Below are positions 1 to 9,643 of a stretch of 64,000 bases of DNA, piece by piece. Both the position numbers and the translations under genes were made by a program. The stretch's first letter is position 1. Each line of letters starts with the position of its first letter. Source of the DNA: Tepidisphaera sp. (lineage in GTDB: Bacteria; Planctomycetota; Phycisphaerae; Phycisphaerales; UBA1924); NCBI GenBank assembly GCA_050916045.1, contig CP051526.1, forward strand, positions 3,328,001 to 3,392,000, written 5' to 3'. The notes beneath the pieces were generated by a model. That model saw nothing but the letters and a program-made list of their open reading frames with translations. It searched no databases and had not been told where the DNA came from.

Positions 1-184
1 CCCACACGTAACGAAAAAGCCAGTCGTGCTGGTCGACGTGTTCGAAGTAGAAGTACCGCTCGGGGGTGCAGGGAGGTGCTTCCGCGACCAGCAGGAGCTG
101 GATCCTGCTCGGCTTGTACTTGAGCGCCGCGGCTTTGCGAAGAGCGGTGGTCTGACCGGGAGATGGTGTCGGTGTGGACGGCAT
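1..184 (-). CDS. Uracil-DNA glycosylase-superfamily protein (partial, runs off the window start; absent from the ORF track)
   Basis: Manual translation from ATG 184: MPSTPTPSPGQTTALRKAAALKYKPSRIQLLLVAEAPPCTPERYFYFEHVDQHDWLFRYVW. LLLVAEAPP resembles UDG-fold motif A. TACAGT -10 box lies 6 nt upstream. Confidence 0.6.
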   Translation of the reverse strand, partial: MPSTPTPSPGQTTALRKAAALKYKPSRIQLLLVAEAPPCTPERYFYFEHVDQHDWLFRYVW

Positions 185-223
185 CGCGGGACTGTACCGG
201 GCACCAGAGCGGATGTCCGGCGG

Positions 224-3200
224 TCAGCGGAAGTCCCGCGAGGTGGAAGCTTGAATGCCGTCGAACCCGGTGATGTCGGCGAGGTTCTGGATGCGGCGGA
301 CCATGACGTGGACGACTTCGCCGGCGCGCTCGATGGTGCCGTGGACGAGGATCGCGAGGCTGTGCTTGGCTGCTTTGCGATAGCGGGTGTAGACGTTGGG
401 CCGGACGATGAGGTTCGCGACGCCGGTCTCGTCTTCGAGCGTGATGAAGACGATGCCCGAAGCGGTCGAGGGCCTCTGGCGGCAGATGACAAGCCCGGCG
501 ACCGCGATGCGGCGGCCGTGCGGTGTTCGCTTGGCTTCGAGCAGCGCGGCGGCGGGCAGGGCTTTCCGGGACGCCAGCGCTCCGCGGTGCGGCGCGATTG
601 GATGACCCTTCAGCGACAGGCCGATCGTCGAATAGTCATGACGGATCGACGTGACCGTGGAGATCGCGGGAAGCGTCGGCACGGGCTCTTCGAGCTCAGT
701 GCCATCGAAGAGCGGCAGGTGTTCATCGCGGAGGCGTCGGATCGCCCAGAGCGCCCGCTGACGATCCAGGCCCATGGAGTTGAAAGCATCCGCGGACGCG
801 AGGCGGCGCAGGTCCGCGACGCGCGTGCCCGAGAGTCGCCAGAGGCGTTCGACCGACGCGACGGGGCCGTGCTCCCCCACCGCTTGCGTGATCGCGTTCG
901 CGGCGGCTTCGCCGAGCCCGCTGACCAAACGCATGCCAAGCCGCAGAGCGGGCCATTCCGCGGGGCCTTCGAGGGTGCAGTCCCACCGGCTTTGGTTCAC
1001 ATCGACGGGGAGGATCTCGACCTTGTGGTCTTTGGCGTCGCGGATGATCTGCGCCGGCGCGTAGAACCCCATCGGCTGGCTATTGATCAGCGAAGCCGCA
1101 AACGCGGCGGGATAATGGCACTTCAGCCACGCCGAGACATAGACCAGCCGAGCGAACGACGCGGCGTGCGATTCGGGGAAGCCGTAGGAGCTGAACCCCT
1201 TGATCTGCTCGACGCAGCGGTCCGCGAAGTCCTTCGTGTACCCGTTGCTGAGCATGCCGCTCACCATCTTGCGTCCGAACTTTTCGATGAGGTCGCCCTT
1301 GCGCTTCCACGCGGCCATCGCCCGCCGGAGCTGGTCCGCTTCGCCGGGTGTGAACCCGGCGGCGACGACGACCAACGACATCGCTTGTTCCTGAAAGAGC
1401 GGGACGCCGTGGGTCTTGCCCAGGACGCGCTTGATGTCGTCGTTGGGGAAGTCGTACTTCTCGAGGCCGGCTCGCCGTTTGAGGTACGGGTGCACCATCT
1501 TGCCCTGGATCGGCCCGGGGCGGACGATCGCGACCTGAATGACCAGGTCGTAGAACTCGCGCGGGCGGAGGCGCGGGAGCATCGACATCTGTGCGCGGCT
1601 TTCGATCTGGAAGACGCCGACGGTGTCGGCGCGGCACGCCATGTCGTAGACTTCCGCATCGCCGCGCGGGACCGTTTCGAGCGCGATCGTGCGGCCGTGA
1701 TACCGGTCCAGCATCTCGAACCCTCGGCGGATGCACGAAAGCATGCCAAGACCGAGGATGTCGACCTTGAGCATGCCCATCGCGTCAAGGTCATCCTTGT
1801 CCCACTCCACCACCGTCCGGTCCGGCATCGCGGCGTTCTCGATCGGCACCGATTCGCAGAGCGGGCCGCGCGTGATCACGAACCCGCCGACATGCTGCGA
1901 ACGGTGCCGCGGGAACCCCATGATCCGGCCGCAGAGCGCCGCGAGCTGCCGCATCGTCGGATTCCGCGGGTCAAGGCCAAAGCCGCGGAGCCTCTCGGCG
2001 TTCAGCTCACCCTGACTCCACCATTCCATGTCCTTGGCGAGCTTGTCGACCGCATCGAGCGAAAGGCCCAGAGCTTTGCCGACGTCTCGCACCGCGCTCT
2101 TGCCGCGGTAGGAGATGATCTCGGCGGTGAGGGCGGCCCGTTCGCGGCCGTACTTGCCGTAGATGTACTGGATGACCTCCTCGCGGCGCTCGTGCTCGAA
2201 ATCGATGTCGATGTCCGGCGGCTCGTTGCGCTCCTTGCTGATGAACCGCTCGAAAAGCAGGTTACCCTCGTTCGGGTCCACCGACGTCACGCCCAGGCAG
2301 AAGCAGACGGCCGAGTTCGCGGCGGCGCCGCGCCCCTGACAGAGGATCCCCCGCGAACGGGCGAAAGCCACGATGTCATGCACCGTCAGGAAGTATGGCG
2401 CGTAGCTCAGTTCATCGATCAGCTTGAGTTCCTTCTCGATCTGCGCCCGCACCGCTCCGGGAATCTCCCCGTAATACCTCGTCGCGCCCTCCCACGTCAG
2501 TTCGGCGAGGTACGTGATCGGTGTCATCCCCGCCGGGACGACCTCATCGGCGTACTCGTATCGGAGCTGGTCGAGCGAAAAGCCCAAAGCCCGGTCCGCG
2601 ATGTCGATCGTGCGGCTGATGCCGCTTTCGTACCCGCGGAACAGACGCGACATCTCGTCGCCGTCCTTGATGTACCGCTCGCTGTTGGCTTGAAGCCTGA
2701 GCCCCGCTTCCGCGAGCGTGCACCCGTGCCGGATGCAGGTGAGCACGTCCTGCATCGGCTTCTGGCTCGCATCGTGATAAAGCACGCGGTTGGTCGCGAC
2801 CAGCGGCACGCGGTGGTCCTTCGCGAACCGGCCGACCTCGCGCATACGGCGGTCATCGTCGGGCCCGAAGCTTCGGAACGCCGCGACCGAAAGCCGGTCG
2901 TCGTTGAAGACGCTCCGGAGCCTCACGAGCAGGCTGGACGCTCCGGGCGTGAGGTCGCGGGCCTCGACGACGGCCAGAAGCCCGGATTCATGAGCGATGA
3001 GGTCATCGATCGTGAGCTTGCACTCACCCTTCTCCGCCGCCCGTTTGCCGAGGGTGAGCAACCGGCACAGGCGGCCGTACGCGGCACGATCGGTCGGATA
3101 CACGAGCACCGATGCTCCGTGAGCGTGCGGATCGGTGAAGACCAAGCGGCATCCGATGATGAGCGGCATCCCGATCGACCTGGCTTCCACGTGGGCTCGC

Positions 3201-3415
3201 ACGACGCCGCCCAGCGTGTTGGTGTCGGTGACGGCCAGAGCGTGCAGGCCCTTGCTGGCGGCTTCCGCGACGAGTTCCTCCGGATGGCTCGCGCCGGTCA
3301 GGAACGTGTAGTTCGAGGTGGCGGCGAGCTCCGCGTACGGCGTGCGGCGGCCGCTCGCGGGCTTGACGCCGGAGCTGAAGAGATCGCGGAACTTGGGATC
3401 GGGTGAGTCAGGCAT
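224..3415 (-). CDS. dnaE2: Error-prone DNA polymerase III alpha subunit (DnaE2/ImuC)
   Basis: PHP motif SNYTFLTGASHPEELV; GRGAAANS; PPDIDIDFEHERREEVIQY; FSSYGFPESHAASF; C-terminal SRDFR; follows imuA-imuB. Confidence 0.97.
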   Translation of the reverse strand: MPDSPDPKFRDLFSSGVKPASGRRTPYAELAATSNYTFLTGASHPEELVAEAASKGLHALAVTDTNTLGGVVRAHVEARSIGMPLIIGCRLVFTDPHAHGASVLVYPTDRAAYGRLCRLLTLGKRAAEKGECKLTIDDLIAHESGLLAVVEARDLTPGASSLLVRLRSVFNDDRLSVAAFRSFGPDDDRRMREVGRFAKDHRVPLVATNRVLYHDASQKPMQDVLTCIRHGCTLAEAGLRLQANSERYIKDGDEMSRLFRGYESGISRTIDIADRALGFSLDQLRYEYADEVVPAGMTPITYLAELTWEGATRYYGEIPGAVRAQIEKELKLIDELSYAPYFLTVHDIVAFARSRGILCQGRGAAANSAVCFCLGVTSVDPNEGNLLFERFISKERNEPPDIDIDFEHERREEVIQYIYGKYGRERAALTAEIISYRGKSAVRDVGKALGLSLDAVDKLAKDMEWWSQGELNAERLRGFGLDPRNPTMRQLAALCGRIMGFPRHRSQHVGGFVITRGPLCESVPIENAAMPDRTVVEWDKDDLDAMGMLKVDILGLGMLSCIRRGFEMLDRYHGRTIALETVPRGDAEVYDMACRADTVGVFQIESRAQMSMLPRLRPREFYDLVIQVAIVRPGPIQGKMVHPYLKRRAGLEKYDFPNDDIKRVLGKTHGVPLFQEQAMSLVVVAAGFTPGEADQLRRAMAAWKRKGDLIEKFGRKMVSGMLSNGYTKDFADRCVEQIKGFSSYGFPESHAASFARLVYVSAWLKCHYPAAFAASLINSQPMGFYAPAQIIRDAKDHKVEILPVDVNQSRWDCTLEGPAEWPALRLGMRLVSGLGEAAANAITQAVGEHGPVASVERLWRLSGTRVADLRRLASADAFNSMGLDRQRALWAIRRLRDEHLPLFDGTELEEPVPTLPAISTVTSIRHDYSTIGLSLKGHPIAPHRGALASRKALPAAALLEAKRTPHGRRIAVAGLVICRQRPSTASGIVFITLEDETGVANLIVRPNVYTRYRKAAKHSLAILVHGTIERAGEVVHVMVRRIQNLADITGFDGIQASTSRDFR

Positions 3416-3418
3416 GGT

Positions 3419-4972
3419 TCACGCCCAGATTCCGTGAACATTCCACCCCGTGGAGGCTTCTTCGCGAAAGACCCAGAGCCAGAGGCCACCCTCAAGCTGA
3501 ATGCGGTAGTAGTCGCGCGTGCTTTGGCCGCTCCACCACCATTCGGGCGCGAGGCGCTCCGGGCCGGCGGAAGCGACCACGTTCCACTCGCTTTGCCGCC
3601 AGACGAGGCGTGTCGGCGGCCCGTCGGGAACAAGGGAGATCGCCGTCGCGGGCTCGGGGGGGTTGAGCATGAGCGTCGGGCGTTCGCGCGGAAGTTCGCA
3701 GGCTTGGGCGGCTTGCTTGGGCGCGGCTTCGAGCGCGGGGACGGACTGGAAAGCCCTTTCGGGGATGTGCGTGCCCACGGGCAGGAGCCAGCGGACGGAT
3801 GCAGGCCCAAGCCGATCGGAAAGGGTGTCGATCAGCTCGGCGAAGCTTGTTTCCATGCCCGAGCCGGTCGAGGTCTCCCACGCGGCGCGTTGAGCCTGCG
3901 TGATTCGGCCGGTGCGGGCGGCGAGGAGGGAGACGGCTTCGACGCCGAAGCCCATGTTGATGGTGTCGAGCTTGCGACCGACGAGGGTGCGCAGGTGCTT
4001 GACGCTGCGGCTCGGCTTGCTCAGCGTGATGGTGAAGGTGACGGGCGGAGAACCCATGCGGGTGCACTGGACGAGCAGGTGGCGCACGCCGCTGCCTCGG
4101 GTGCGGAGCTGGCCGGCGAGGCGTTCGAGAAGCTCATCGCAGACGAGGTGGAGGGTTTCGAGACGCGTCGTGCCGCCGTCGAGCACGCGCTCGACCAGAA
4201 GCGGGGGCGTCGGGCGAACAGGCTCGATCACTTCCATCGCGTGGCCGAGCGCCTGATCGAGGCGGACCGCGAGTTCGGCGCCAAACCGCGACGCGAGCGA
4301 GACCCGCGGGAGCTTCATCACCTCCCCCACCGTCTCGATCCCGATCTCGTGAAGGCCCGCGAGTGTCGCCGGCTCGAGGCGGAGCGCGGCGGCGGGGAGC
4401 GGCGCGAGGGCTTCGGCGATGTTCGCGGTCTGCATCGTGAGCGGGCGCGGGCCAAAGCGCGCAAGACCCCACGCGGAGGCGTACGTCGGGGTGACCGCAA
4501 TCCGGCAGCGAAGGCCGAGCTTCCAGACGGTGCGGCCGATCCGTCGCGCGTGGAGCTCATCGGTGCCGAAAAGCCGCTCGCAGCCCGCGATGTCCATCAG
4601 CAGGCCGTCGGGCGGGTCGATCGCGACGACGGGGACCAGCGTGGCGAGCCAGGTCGCGAGGTGCTTGAGGGCTTTGGCCGCCCGCTCGGGTCGGTGCCTT
4701 TCGATATGGAGCGTGCTCGCGGACGCGAGAGCCTGAGCGTGGGCGAGGGTCATGCCGGGATGGACGCCAGCGTGCGCACAGCGTGGACAGCAGGCGACGA
4801 CGGTCTGCCTGGAAGCGACGCTTTCGACGATGAGGATGTGCGCGGCTTCGCATGCGGCGGGGCGGTCATCCCGCTTGGGCGCGGGCGAACCGGTTTCGGC
4901 CTGCCTGAGTTTGCGTCGTGTCAGATCGATCAGCAGATACGGCAGGAAGAGCGACAGTGCTTTGGGCATCAT
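3419..4972 (-). CDS. imuB: ImuB, inactive Y-family polymerase
   Basis: AGVHPGMTLAHAQAL; PDGLLMDIAGCERLFG; C-terminal GPERLAPEWW..RDYYRI..WLWVFR..W.VHG. Start ATG 4972 or 4969. Confidence 0.93.
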   Translation of the reverse strand: MMPKALSLFLPYLLIDLTRRKLRQAETGSPAPKRDDRPAACEAAHILIVESVASRQTVVACCPRCAHAGVHPGMTLAHAQALASASTLHIERHRPERAAKALKHLATWLATLVPVVAIDPPDGLLMDIAGCERLFGTDELHARRIGRTVWKLGLRCRIAVTPTYASAWGLARFGPRPLTMQTANIAEALAPLPAAALRLEPATLAGLHEIGIETVGEVMKLPRVSLASRFGAELAVRLDQALGHAMEVIEPVRPTPPLLVERVLDGGTTRLETLHLVCDELLERLAGQLRTRGSGVRHLLVQCTRMGSPPVTFTITLSKPSRSVKHLRTLVGRKLDTINMGFGVEAVSLLAARTGRITQAQRAAWETSTGSGMETSFAELIDTLSDRLGPASVRWLLPVGTHIPERAFQSVPALEAAPKQAAQACELPRERPTLMLNPPEPATAISLVPDGPPTRLVWRQSEWNVVASAGPERLAPEWWWSGQSTRDYYRIQLEGGLWLWVFREEASTGWNVHGIWA

Positions 4973-5624
4973 CCCACTCAACGACCCATCGGCGTGGGGC
5001 GTCCGTCAAGGGCTGCATTCCTTTGCAACGCAGGAGTTCCACGTTCCAACGTGGTCGGCAGGAGGGAGAGGGCTCGGCGCGGACCAGCCACCGGGTCGCG
5101 GCAGCGCTGAGCTCGGCGAGTTCCGAGCCGGGCCTCATGACAAGCCCCACGGCTCCGCCCGCTTCGGCCGCAAGCTGGAGCCGGCGCGTCGCGGACATGT
5201 CCAGCCCCGAGCCGTCGAGCACGACCGCCGCAACGCTCGGACAACGCAGCGCCAGATCCGAAGCCCAGACCAGTTCCTCGGTCGCGTGCACCTGAACCCA
5301 GAGCGTGCGCGAGAGGTCGTCCATCACGGCCCGGGCCGCGACCGCTCGCGAAGAACCGATCCAGACGGTGTGCGTGCGATCGGCATCGCGAGCCCGGCGG
5401 GTGATGTCCGCAACGAGGGCGACCGCCGGCTCGGCGAATCGGCCGGCGTACTCCGCGGAGTACCACTCGTGGATCGCGCCGCGCGAAAGCCCGACCGCCG
5501 CCCCCCACCCCAGCGGCACCACCGCACGGTCCGCTCGCGCCCCGCCGCGATCCAGGATCTGCGTGCGGAGACGTTCGAGGAGCCGCGAGCGGTCGGCCGA
5601 CAACCTTTCAGAACCCGAACCCAT
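4866..5624 (-). CDS. imuA: ImuA, RecA-like mutagenesis protein
   Basis: GLSRGAIHEW; ALRCPSVAAVV; RRLQLAAEAGG; SAAATRWLV; overlaps the imuB start. Start moved to ATG 5624 on promoter evidence. Confidence 0.88.
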   Translation of the reverse strand: MGSGSERLSADRSRLLERLRTQILDRGGARADRAVVPLGWGAAVGLSRGAIHEWYSAEYAGRFAEPAVALVADITRRARDADRTHTVWIGSSRAVAARAVMDDLSRTLWVQVHATEELVWASDLALRCPSVAAVVLDGSGLDMSATRRLQLAAEAGGAVGLVMRPGSELAELSAAATRWLVRAEPSPSCRPRWNVELLRCKGMQPLTDAPRRWVVEWDDAQSTVALPAVSADRSDTTQTQAGRNRFARAQAG

Positions 5625-5630
5625 GCCCAC

Positions 5631-5658
5631 AGCATACACCCAAATCAAATCCATTCAA
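5631..5658 (-). promoter_or_regulatory. Sigma70-type promoter of imuABC, predicted leaderless
   Basis: TTGAAT (5658-5653), 16 nt, TATGCT (5636-5631), 6 nt, ATG 5624. Confidence 0.6.
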
Positions 5659-5753
5659 GATGATTGGTTCTTTTTAGGATCGAAGAAGTAAACGAGCCCT
5701 TTTTCGGGGATCTTTGCGCTCGGGGCGATCCATTTGAACCGCCTCCCGAGTCC

Positions 5754-6863
5754 TTATGAAGGGCTTGAAGGAAGAAGGAAGTGGCCGGGGTCGCCGCGGA
5801 GCAGGGAGCAGACATCGCGGAACATGCCCAAGCCGGTGACGAGGGCACCGCTTCCCGCGCCGAGAATCCGCACCGAGCCTTCGCCGTAGGACTCGGTGCG
5901 GATCTGAAGGGCGCTGCGTCCGCTCGGGTCGGCGAGGGCGGAGGACTCGGGGACCTCGGCGAGGCCGATGTCGGAGGACTCGGGCGTGATACGGGCGACG
6001 TACGCGAGCGTGGAGCCGCTGGCTTTGGCCGCGTTCATGCGCTCGAGGACGGTGGCGTGTTCGCGCGAGAGCAGGGCGTGAAGATCCGCGGGCGTGCTTG
6101 CGGCTTGAAGACCATCGACAAAAGGCCTGAGCGTCAGCGGGGCGGAGGGGAAGCCGGCGGCGCGGCGGAGGATGAGCGCTTTGCGGCAGACGTCCTTGCC
6201 GGAGAGGTCCTGTCGCGGGTCGGGCTCGGCGTATCCAAGTCGGACGGCTTCGGTCACGGCGTCGGCGAGCATCCACCCGCTTCGAAGCTGGCGGAGGAGG
6301 TACGCGAGGGTGCCGCTCAGCGTCGCTTCCAGCGAGATGATCGGTTCGCCCGTCGCCGCCAAGCCGTGAACGGCGTCGAGGAAGGGAAGCCCAGCGCCGA
6401 CGGTGGACGAAGCGCGGATGCGGCCGCGGCCTTCCCGGAGCGCGGCGACGATGCTCGCGAACGAAGCGTCATCGGCGAGAGGTTCCTTGTTCGCCGTGAC
6501 GAAGGACGCACCGCCGCGAAGAGCGGGAAGGATGCGAGCGGCGACCGTCGGATCCGCGCTGGCATCGACGAGGATCAAGGGGTGCTGGTTGGCACGCTCG
6601 GCGAGCCATGTGCTCGCACGGTTCCAGTCCATCCGAGCGGGATGGGTCTGAACGTGCCCATGTGCGGCTTTCCAAGCGAGGGAATCCGCGACGCTCGACG
6701 ATCCGGTCCCGACCGGGACCACACCGGTCGAATCCGACACGGCGATGATGGAGCACGAGTCGCCGGCGTTGCGTGAGAGCGCCAGTGGCCGACTCTCGCA
6801 CAGGTGGGCGAAGGCGCGTCCGACCTGTCCCATCCCAAGCAGCACGATCCCTGTCTGACTCAT
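5754..6863 (-). CDS. Homoserine dehydrogenase (stand-alone, ThrA HSDH-domain-like)
   Basis: GMGQVG Rossmann motif; FVTANKEP; TVGAGLP; LSGTL; GYAEPDPRQDLSGKDVCRKALIL; GAGSG. Probable start ATG 6863. Confidence 0.88.
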   Translation of the reverse strand: MSQTGIVLLGMGQVGRAFAHLCESRPLALSRNAGDSCSIIAVSDSTGVVPVGTGSSSVADSLAWKAAHGHVQTHPARMDWNRASTWLAERANQHPLILVDASADPTVAARILPALRGGASFVTANKEPLADDASFASIVAALREGRGRIRASSTVGAGLPFLDAVHGLAATGEPIISLEATLSGTLAYLLRQLRSGWMLADAVTEAVRLGYAEPDPRQDLSGKDVCRKALILRRAAGFPSAPLTLRPFVDGLQAASTPADLHALLSREHATVLERMNAAKASGSTLAYVARITPESSDIGLAEVPESSALADPSGRSALQIRTESYGEGSVRILGAGSGALVTGLGMFRDVCSLLRGDPGHFLLPSSPS

Positions 6864-6890
6864 TCTCACACTCCGTATGGGCGGGAACAC

Positions 6891-7547
6891 TTACTCGCAG
6901 ATGATCCGAGCCGCGGCGGTCATGGCCATCGAGACGGACGGCTGTCCCTTGGCTTGCACGGCGATGGATTGCGCCGTGGGTTCGACGCTGACGATGGTGG
7001 CGACCGATCCGGGCTTGAGCCCGTGCCTCGCGACAAAGGACAGAAAGGCGGAGTCCTGATCAAGAATCCGAACGATCCGGACCTTGGACCCGCAAGCGAA
7101 CGACGAAAGCGGTTCGCCGCCGGAAGGTCGGGTTTTGCCGAGAGCGTCCGGGATCGGGTCGCCGTGCGGATCGATCGAAGGGTGACCGAGGTGGGCGTCG
7201 AGCGCTTCGAGCACGACCGGCGAGATCGCGTGCTCGAGGCGTTCGGCTTCGGCGTGGACCGCGGACCAGTCGAGCTTGAGGGTCTGGACGAGGAAGGTCT
7301 CGACGATCCGGTGCCGGCGGAGGATGTCGAGAGCCGCACGCTCACCCTTGGGCGTCAGCCGGACGCCACCGAAACGCTCGTACCTGGCGAGCTTGGAAGC
7401 GGCGAGTTTTTTGACCATGGTGGTCGCGGTGCCGGTGGTGACGCCGACGAGAGCGGCGATCCTGGACATCCCGGCTTCGCCCGCGGGTGACTCGCCGCAG
7501 AGGGTGTAGACGGCTTTCAAGTAGTTCTCGACGGTTTCAGAGGCCAC
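6891..7547 (-). CDS. mntR: DtxR/MntR-family metal-dependent repressor with C-terminal FeoA/SH3 domain
   Basis: ENYLKAVY; HTH; RRHRIVETFL; VHAEAERLEH; DPHGDPIP. GGAGG precedes GTG 7547. Confidence 0.92.
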   Translation of the reverse strand: MASETVENYLKAVYTLCGESPAGEAGMSRIAALVGVTTGTATTMVKKLAASKLARYERFGGVRLTPKGERAALDILRRHRIVETFLVQTLKLDWSAVHAEAERLEHAISPVVLEALDAHLGHPSIDPHGDPIPDALGKTRPSGGEPLSSFACGSKVRIVRILDQDSAFLSFVARHGLKPGSVATIVSVEPTAQSIAVQAKGQPSVSMAMTAAARIICE

Positions 7548-7612
7548 GGGCGCCTCCCCCCGATCCGGGACTCCTCCGATCAAGCGGCTTTCCGGACCCG
7601 GCGGAGGTGTTC

Positions 7613-7655
7613 TTGACACCAACGGCCGTGCCGAATAAGTTTGAGTGCTCAAACT
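7613..7655 (+). promoter_or_regulatory. Sigma70 promoter of the metal ABC operon with an overlapping palindromic operator
   Basis: TTGACA (7613-7618), 17 nt, TAAGTT (7636-7641); inverted repeat AGTTTGAG-tg-CTCAAACT at 7638-7655. Confidence 0.8.
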
Positions 7656-7776
7656 GGCCGATTGGAGAGGTCATGGTACACGTGTTTGCCATCTCGCAGA
7701 GATTGTACCGCCCGACGGTCGCAGCGGCCAAGGCGCACAACCAAAACAAAGCGGGAATGGTCCCAAGGAGCGTGTC

Positions 7777-8814
7777 ATGCGGGAACTGACGCGACGGGCT
7801 GTCCTGCGGCTAACGGGTGTCGCGGCGGCGGCCGCGCTCGGGGTTGCCGCGCTCACGCTCGGATCATGCGAGCGGCCCTCGGCAAAGCCCGATACGAAAC
7901 TCGACCGGAAGCTCGGGATCGTGGCGACGACGGGCATGGTGGGCGACCTCGCCGTCAATATCGGTGGCGACCGGGTCAGCGTGCGGAGCATCATGGGCGA
8001 GGGGATCGATCCTCACCTCTATAAAGCGTCTCCCGGCGACGTCCGGCTGATGAGCGATGCGGACATGATCCTCTTCAGCGGGCTTCACCTCGAGGGCCGC
8101 ATGGCGGACCTCATCGTGAAGATGGCCGGGCGCGGCTCGGTGGTTCAGGTGACCGACACCATCGATGAGAAGCTGCTCAGAGAGCCCCCCGAGTTCGCCG
8201 GGCATTTCGACCCTCACGTCTGGTTCGACGTCTCGCTTTGGTCGACCGCGGCGGTCAGGGTCAGGGATGCGCTGATCGAGAAGGACGCACCGGGCAAGGA
8301 TGTGTACACGAAGAACGCGGAGAGCTTCACGGCGCTTCTCGCGGAGCTTCACCAGTACGCCAAGGACACGCTGGGCACGATTCCGAAAGAGAGTCGGGTG
8401 ATGGTGACGGCGCACGACGCGTTCGGCTACTTCGGGAGCGCGTACGGGCTTGAGGTTCTCGCCATCCAGGGGATCAGCACCGACAGCGAAGCCAGCTTGC
8501 AGGACATCAACGCGCTCGTCGACATTCTGGTATCCCGGAAGGTGCCGGCGGTCTTCATTGAGAGCAGCGTTCCGCGCAAGACCGTCGATGCGCTCATCGA
8601 AGGCTGCAAAGCCAAGAACCACGACGTCGTCATCGGCGGCGAGCTTTTCAGCGATGCCATGGGCAAGCCGGGCACGATGGAGGGCACCTACGTCGGGATG
8701 GTCCTCCATAACGTCGACACGGTGGCGAAAGCCCTCGGGGGGCGGGTGCCGGAGATCAAGCCCGGCCGGATCGGCGAATGGATGAAGCGATTCAGCGAGA
8801 AAGCCGGATCATGA
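7777..8814 (+). CDS. troA: Mn/Zn/Fe ABC transporter substrate-binding lipoprotein (TroA family)
   Basis: RR signal and LGSC lipobox; [43 protein letters not shown] before ATG 7777. Confidence 0.93.
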   Translation: MRELTRRAVLRLTGVAAAAALGVAALTLGSCERPSAKPDTKLDRKLGIVATTGMVGDLAVNIGGDRVSVRSIMGEGIDPHLYKASPGDVRLMSDADMILFSGLHLEGRMADLIVKMAGRGSVVQVTDTIDEKLLREPPEFAGHFDPHVWFDVSLWSTAAVRVRDALIEKDAPGKDVYTKNAESFTALLAELHQYAKDTLGTIPKESRVMVTAHDAFGYFGSAYGLEVLAIQGISTDSEASLQDINALVDILVSRKVPAVFIESSVPRKTVDALIEGCKAKNHDVVIGGELFSDAMGKPGTMEGTYVGMVLHNVDTVAKALGGRVPEIKPGRIGEWMKRFSEKAGS

Positions 8815-9623
8815 TGCCCACAACCGCTCCGAACTCGGTGCCGCCGGTGACACCCGACGAGATCTGCGTGGATGTGCACGACGTCACCGTCGCGTACCAC
8901 CGCAAGCCGGTGCTTTGGGATGTCGATCTCACGCTTCCCGCCCGACATCTCATCGCGATCGTGGGCCCCAACGGTGCGGGGAAGTCGACGCTCCTGAAAG
9001 CCATCCTCGGGCTCGTGCCGCTGGCCAGCGGGGAGATCAGGATCTTCGGCAAGCCGCTCAAGCAGGCCCGTTCGCTGATCGGGTATGTGCCGCAGCGTGA
9101 GACGGTGGACTGGGACTTTCCGGTGAACGCGCTCGATGTGGTGTTGATGGGGCGGTACGGCCGGTTGGGGTGGATCCGCAGGCCGGGAAGGGCGGATCGC
9201 GACGCCGCGCTGGCGAGCCTGCACAAGGTCGGGATGGCGGACTTTGCTTCGCGGCAGATCAGCCAGCTTTCGGGCGGGCAGCAGCAACGGGTGTTCCTCG
9301 CTCGCGCGCTCGCCCAGGATGCGCGGCTTTACTTCATGGATGAGCCCTTCGCCGGGGTGGACGCGGCGACGGAGAAAGCGATCGTGGAGGTGCTCCGCGA
9401 GCTCCGCGGCGCGGGAAAGACCGTGGTCGCGGTGCATCACGATCTTCAGACGGTGCCCGAGTACTTCGACCATGTCGCGCTGCTGAACATGCGGCTGGTC
9501 GCGGCGGGGCCGGTGGACACGACCTTCACACCCAAGAACCTCCAGCAGACCTACGGCGGGCGCCTCACGCTTCTGGACGAGGCGGCGGAGGCGGTCCGTC
9601 GCGGAACGCCCTCAGGACGATAA
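8811..9623 (+). CDS. troB: Metal ABC transporter ATP-binding protein
   Basis: [31 protein letters not shown]. Confidence 0.95.
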   Translation: MMPTTAPNSVPPVTPDEICVDVHDVTVAYHRKPVLWDVDLTLPARHLIAIVGPNGAGKSTLLKAILGLVPLASGEIRIFGKPLKQARSLIGYVPQRETVDWDFPVNALDVVLMGRYGRLGWIRRPGRADRDAALASLHKVGMADFASRQISQLSGGQQQRVFLARALAQDARLYFMDEPFAGVDAATEKAIVEVLRELRGAGKTVVAVHHDLQTVPEYFDHVALLNMRLVAAGPVDTTFTPKNLQQTYGGRLTLLDEAAEAVRRGTPSGR

Positions 9624-9643
9624 CGAAAGCGGATCAGATCACC

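Noticed and set aside
26..3406. 1126-aa + strand ORF and similar long antisense ORFs (3434-5110, 32988-35435, 42614-45232, 62546-63910)
   Set aside because: Shadow frames opposite clearly recognisable genes in GC-rich DNA; no motifs of their own.
5625..5753. LexA/SOS box upstream of imuA
   Set aside because: Expected from imuABC biology, but I could not find a match to known boxes (CTGT-N8-ACAG, GAAC-N4-GTTC, GTTC-N7-GTTC, TGTTC-N4-GAACA).
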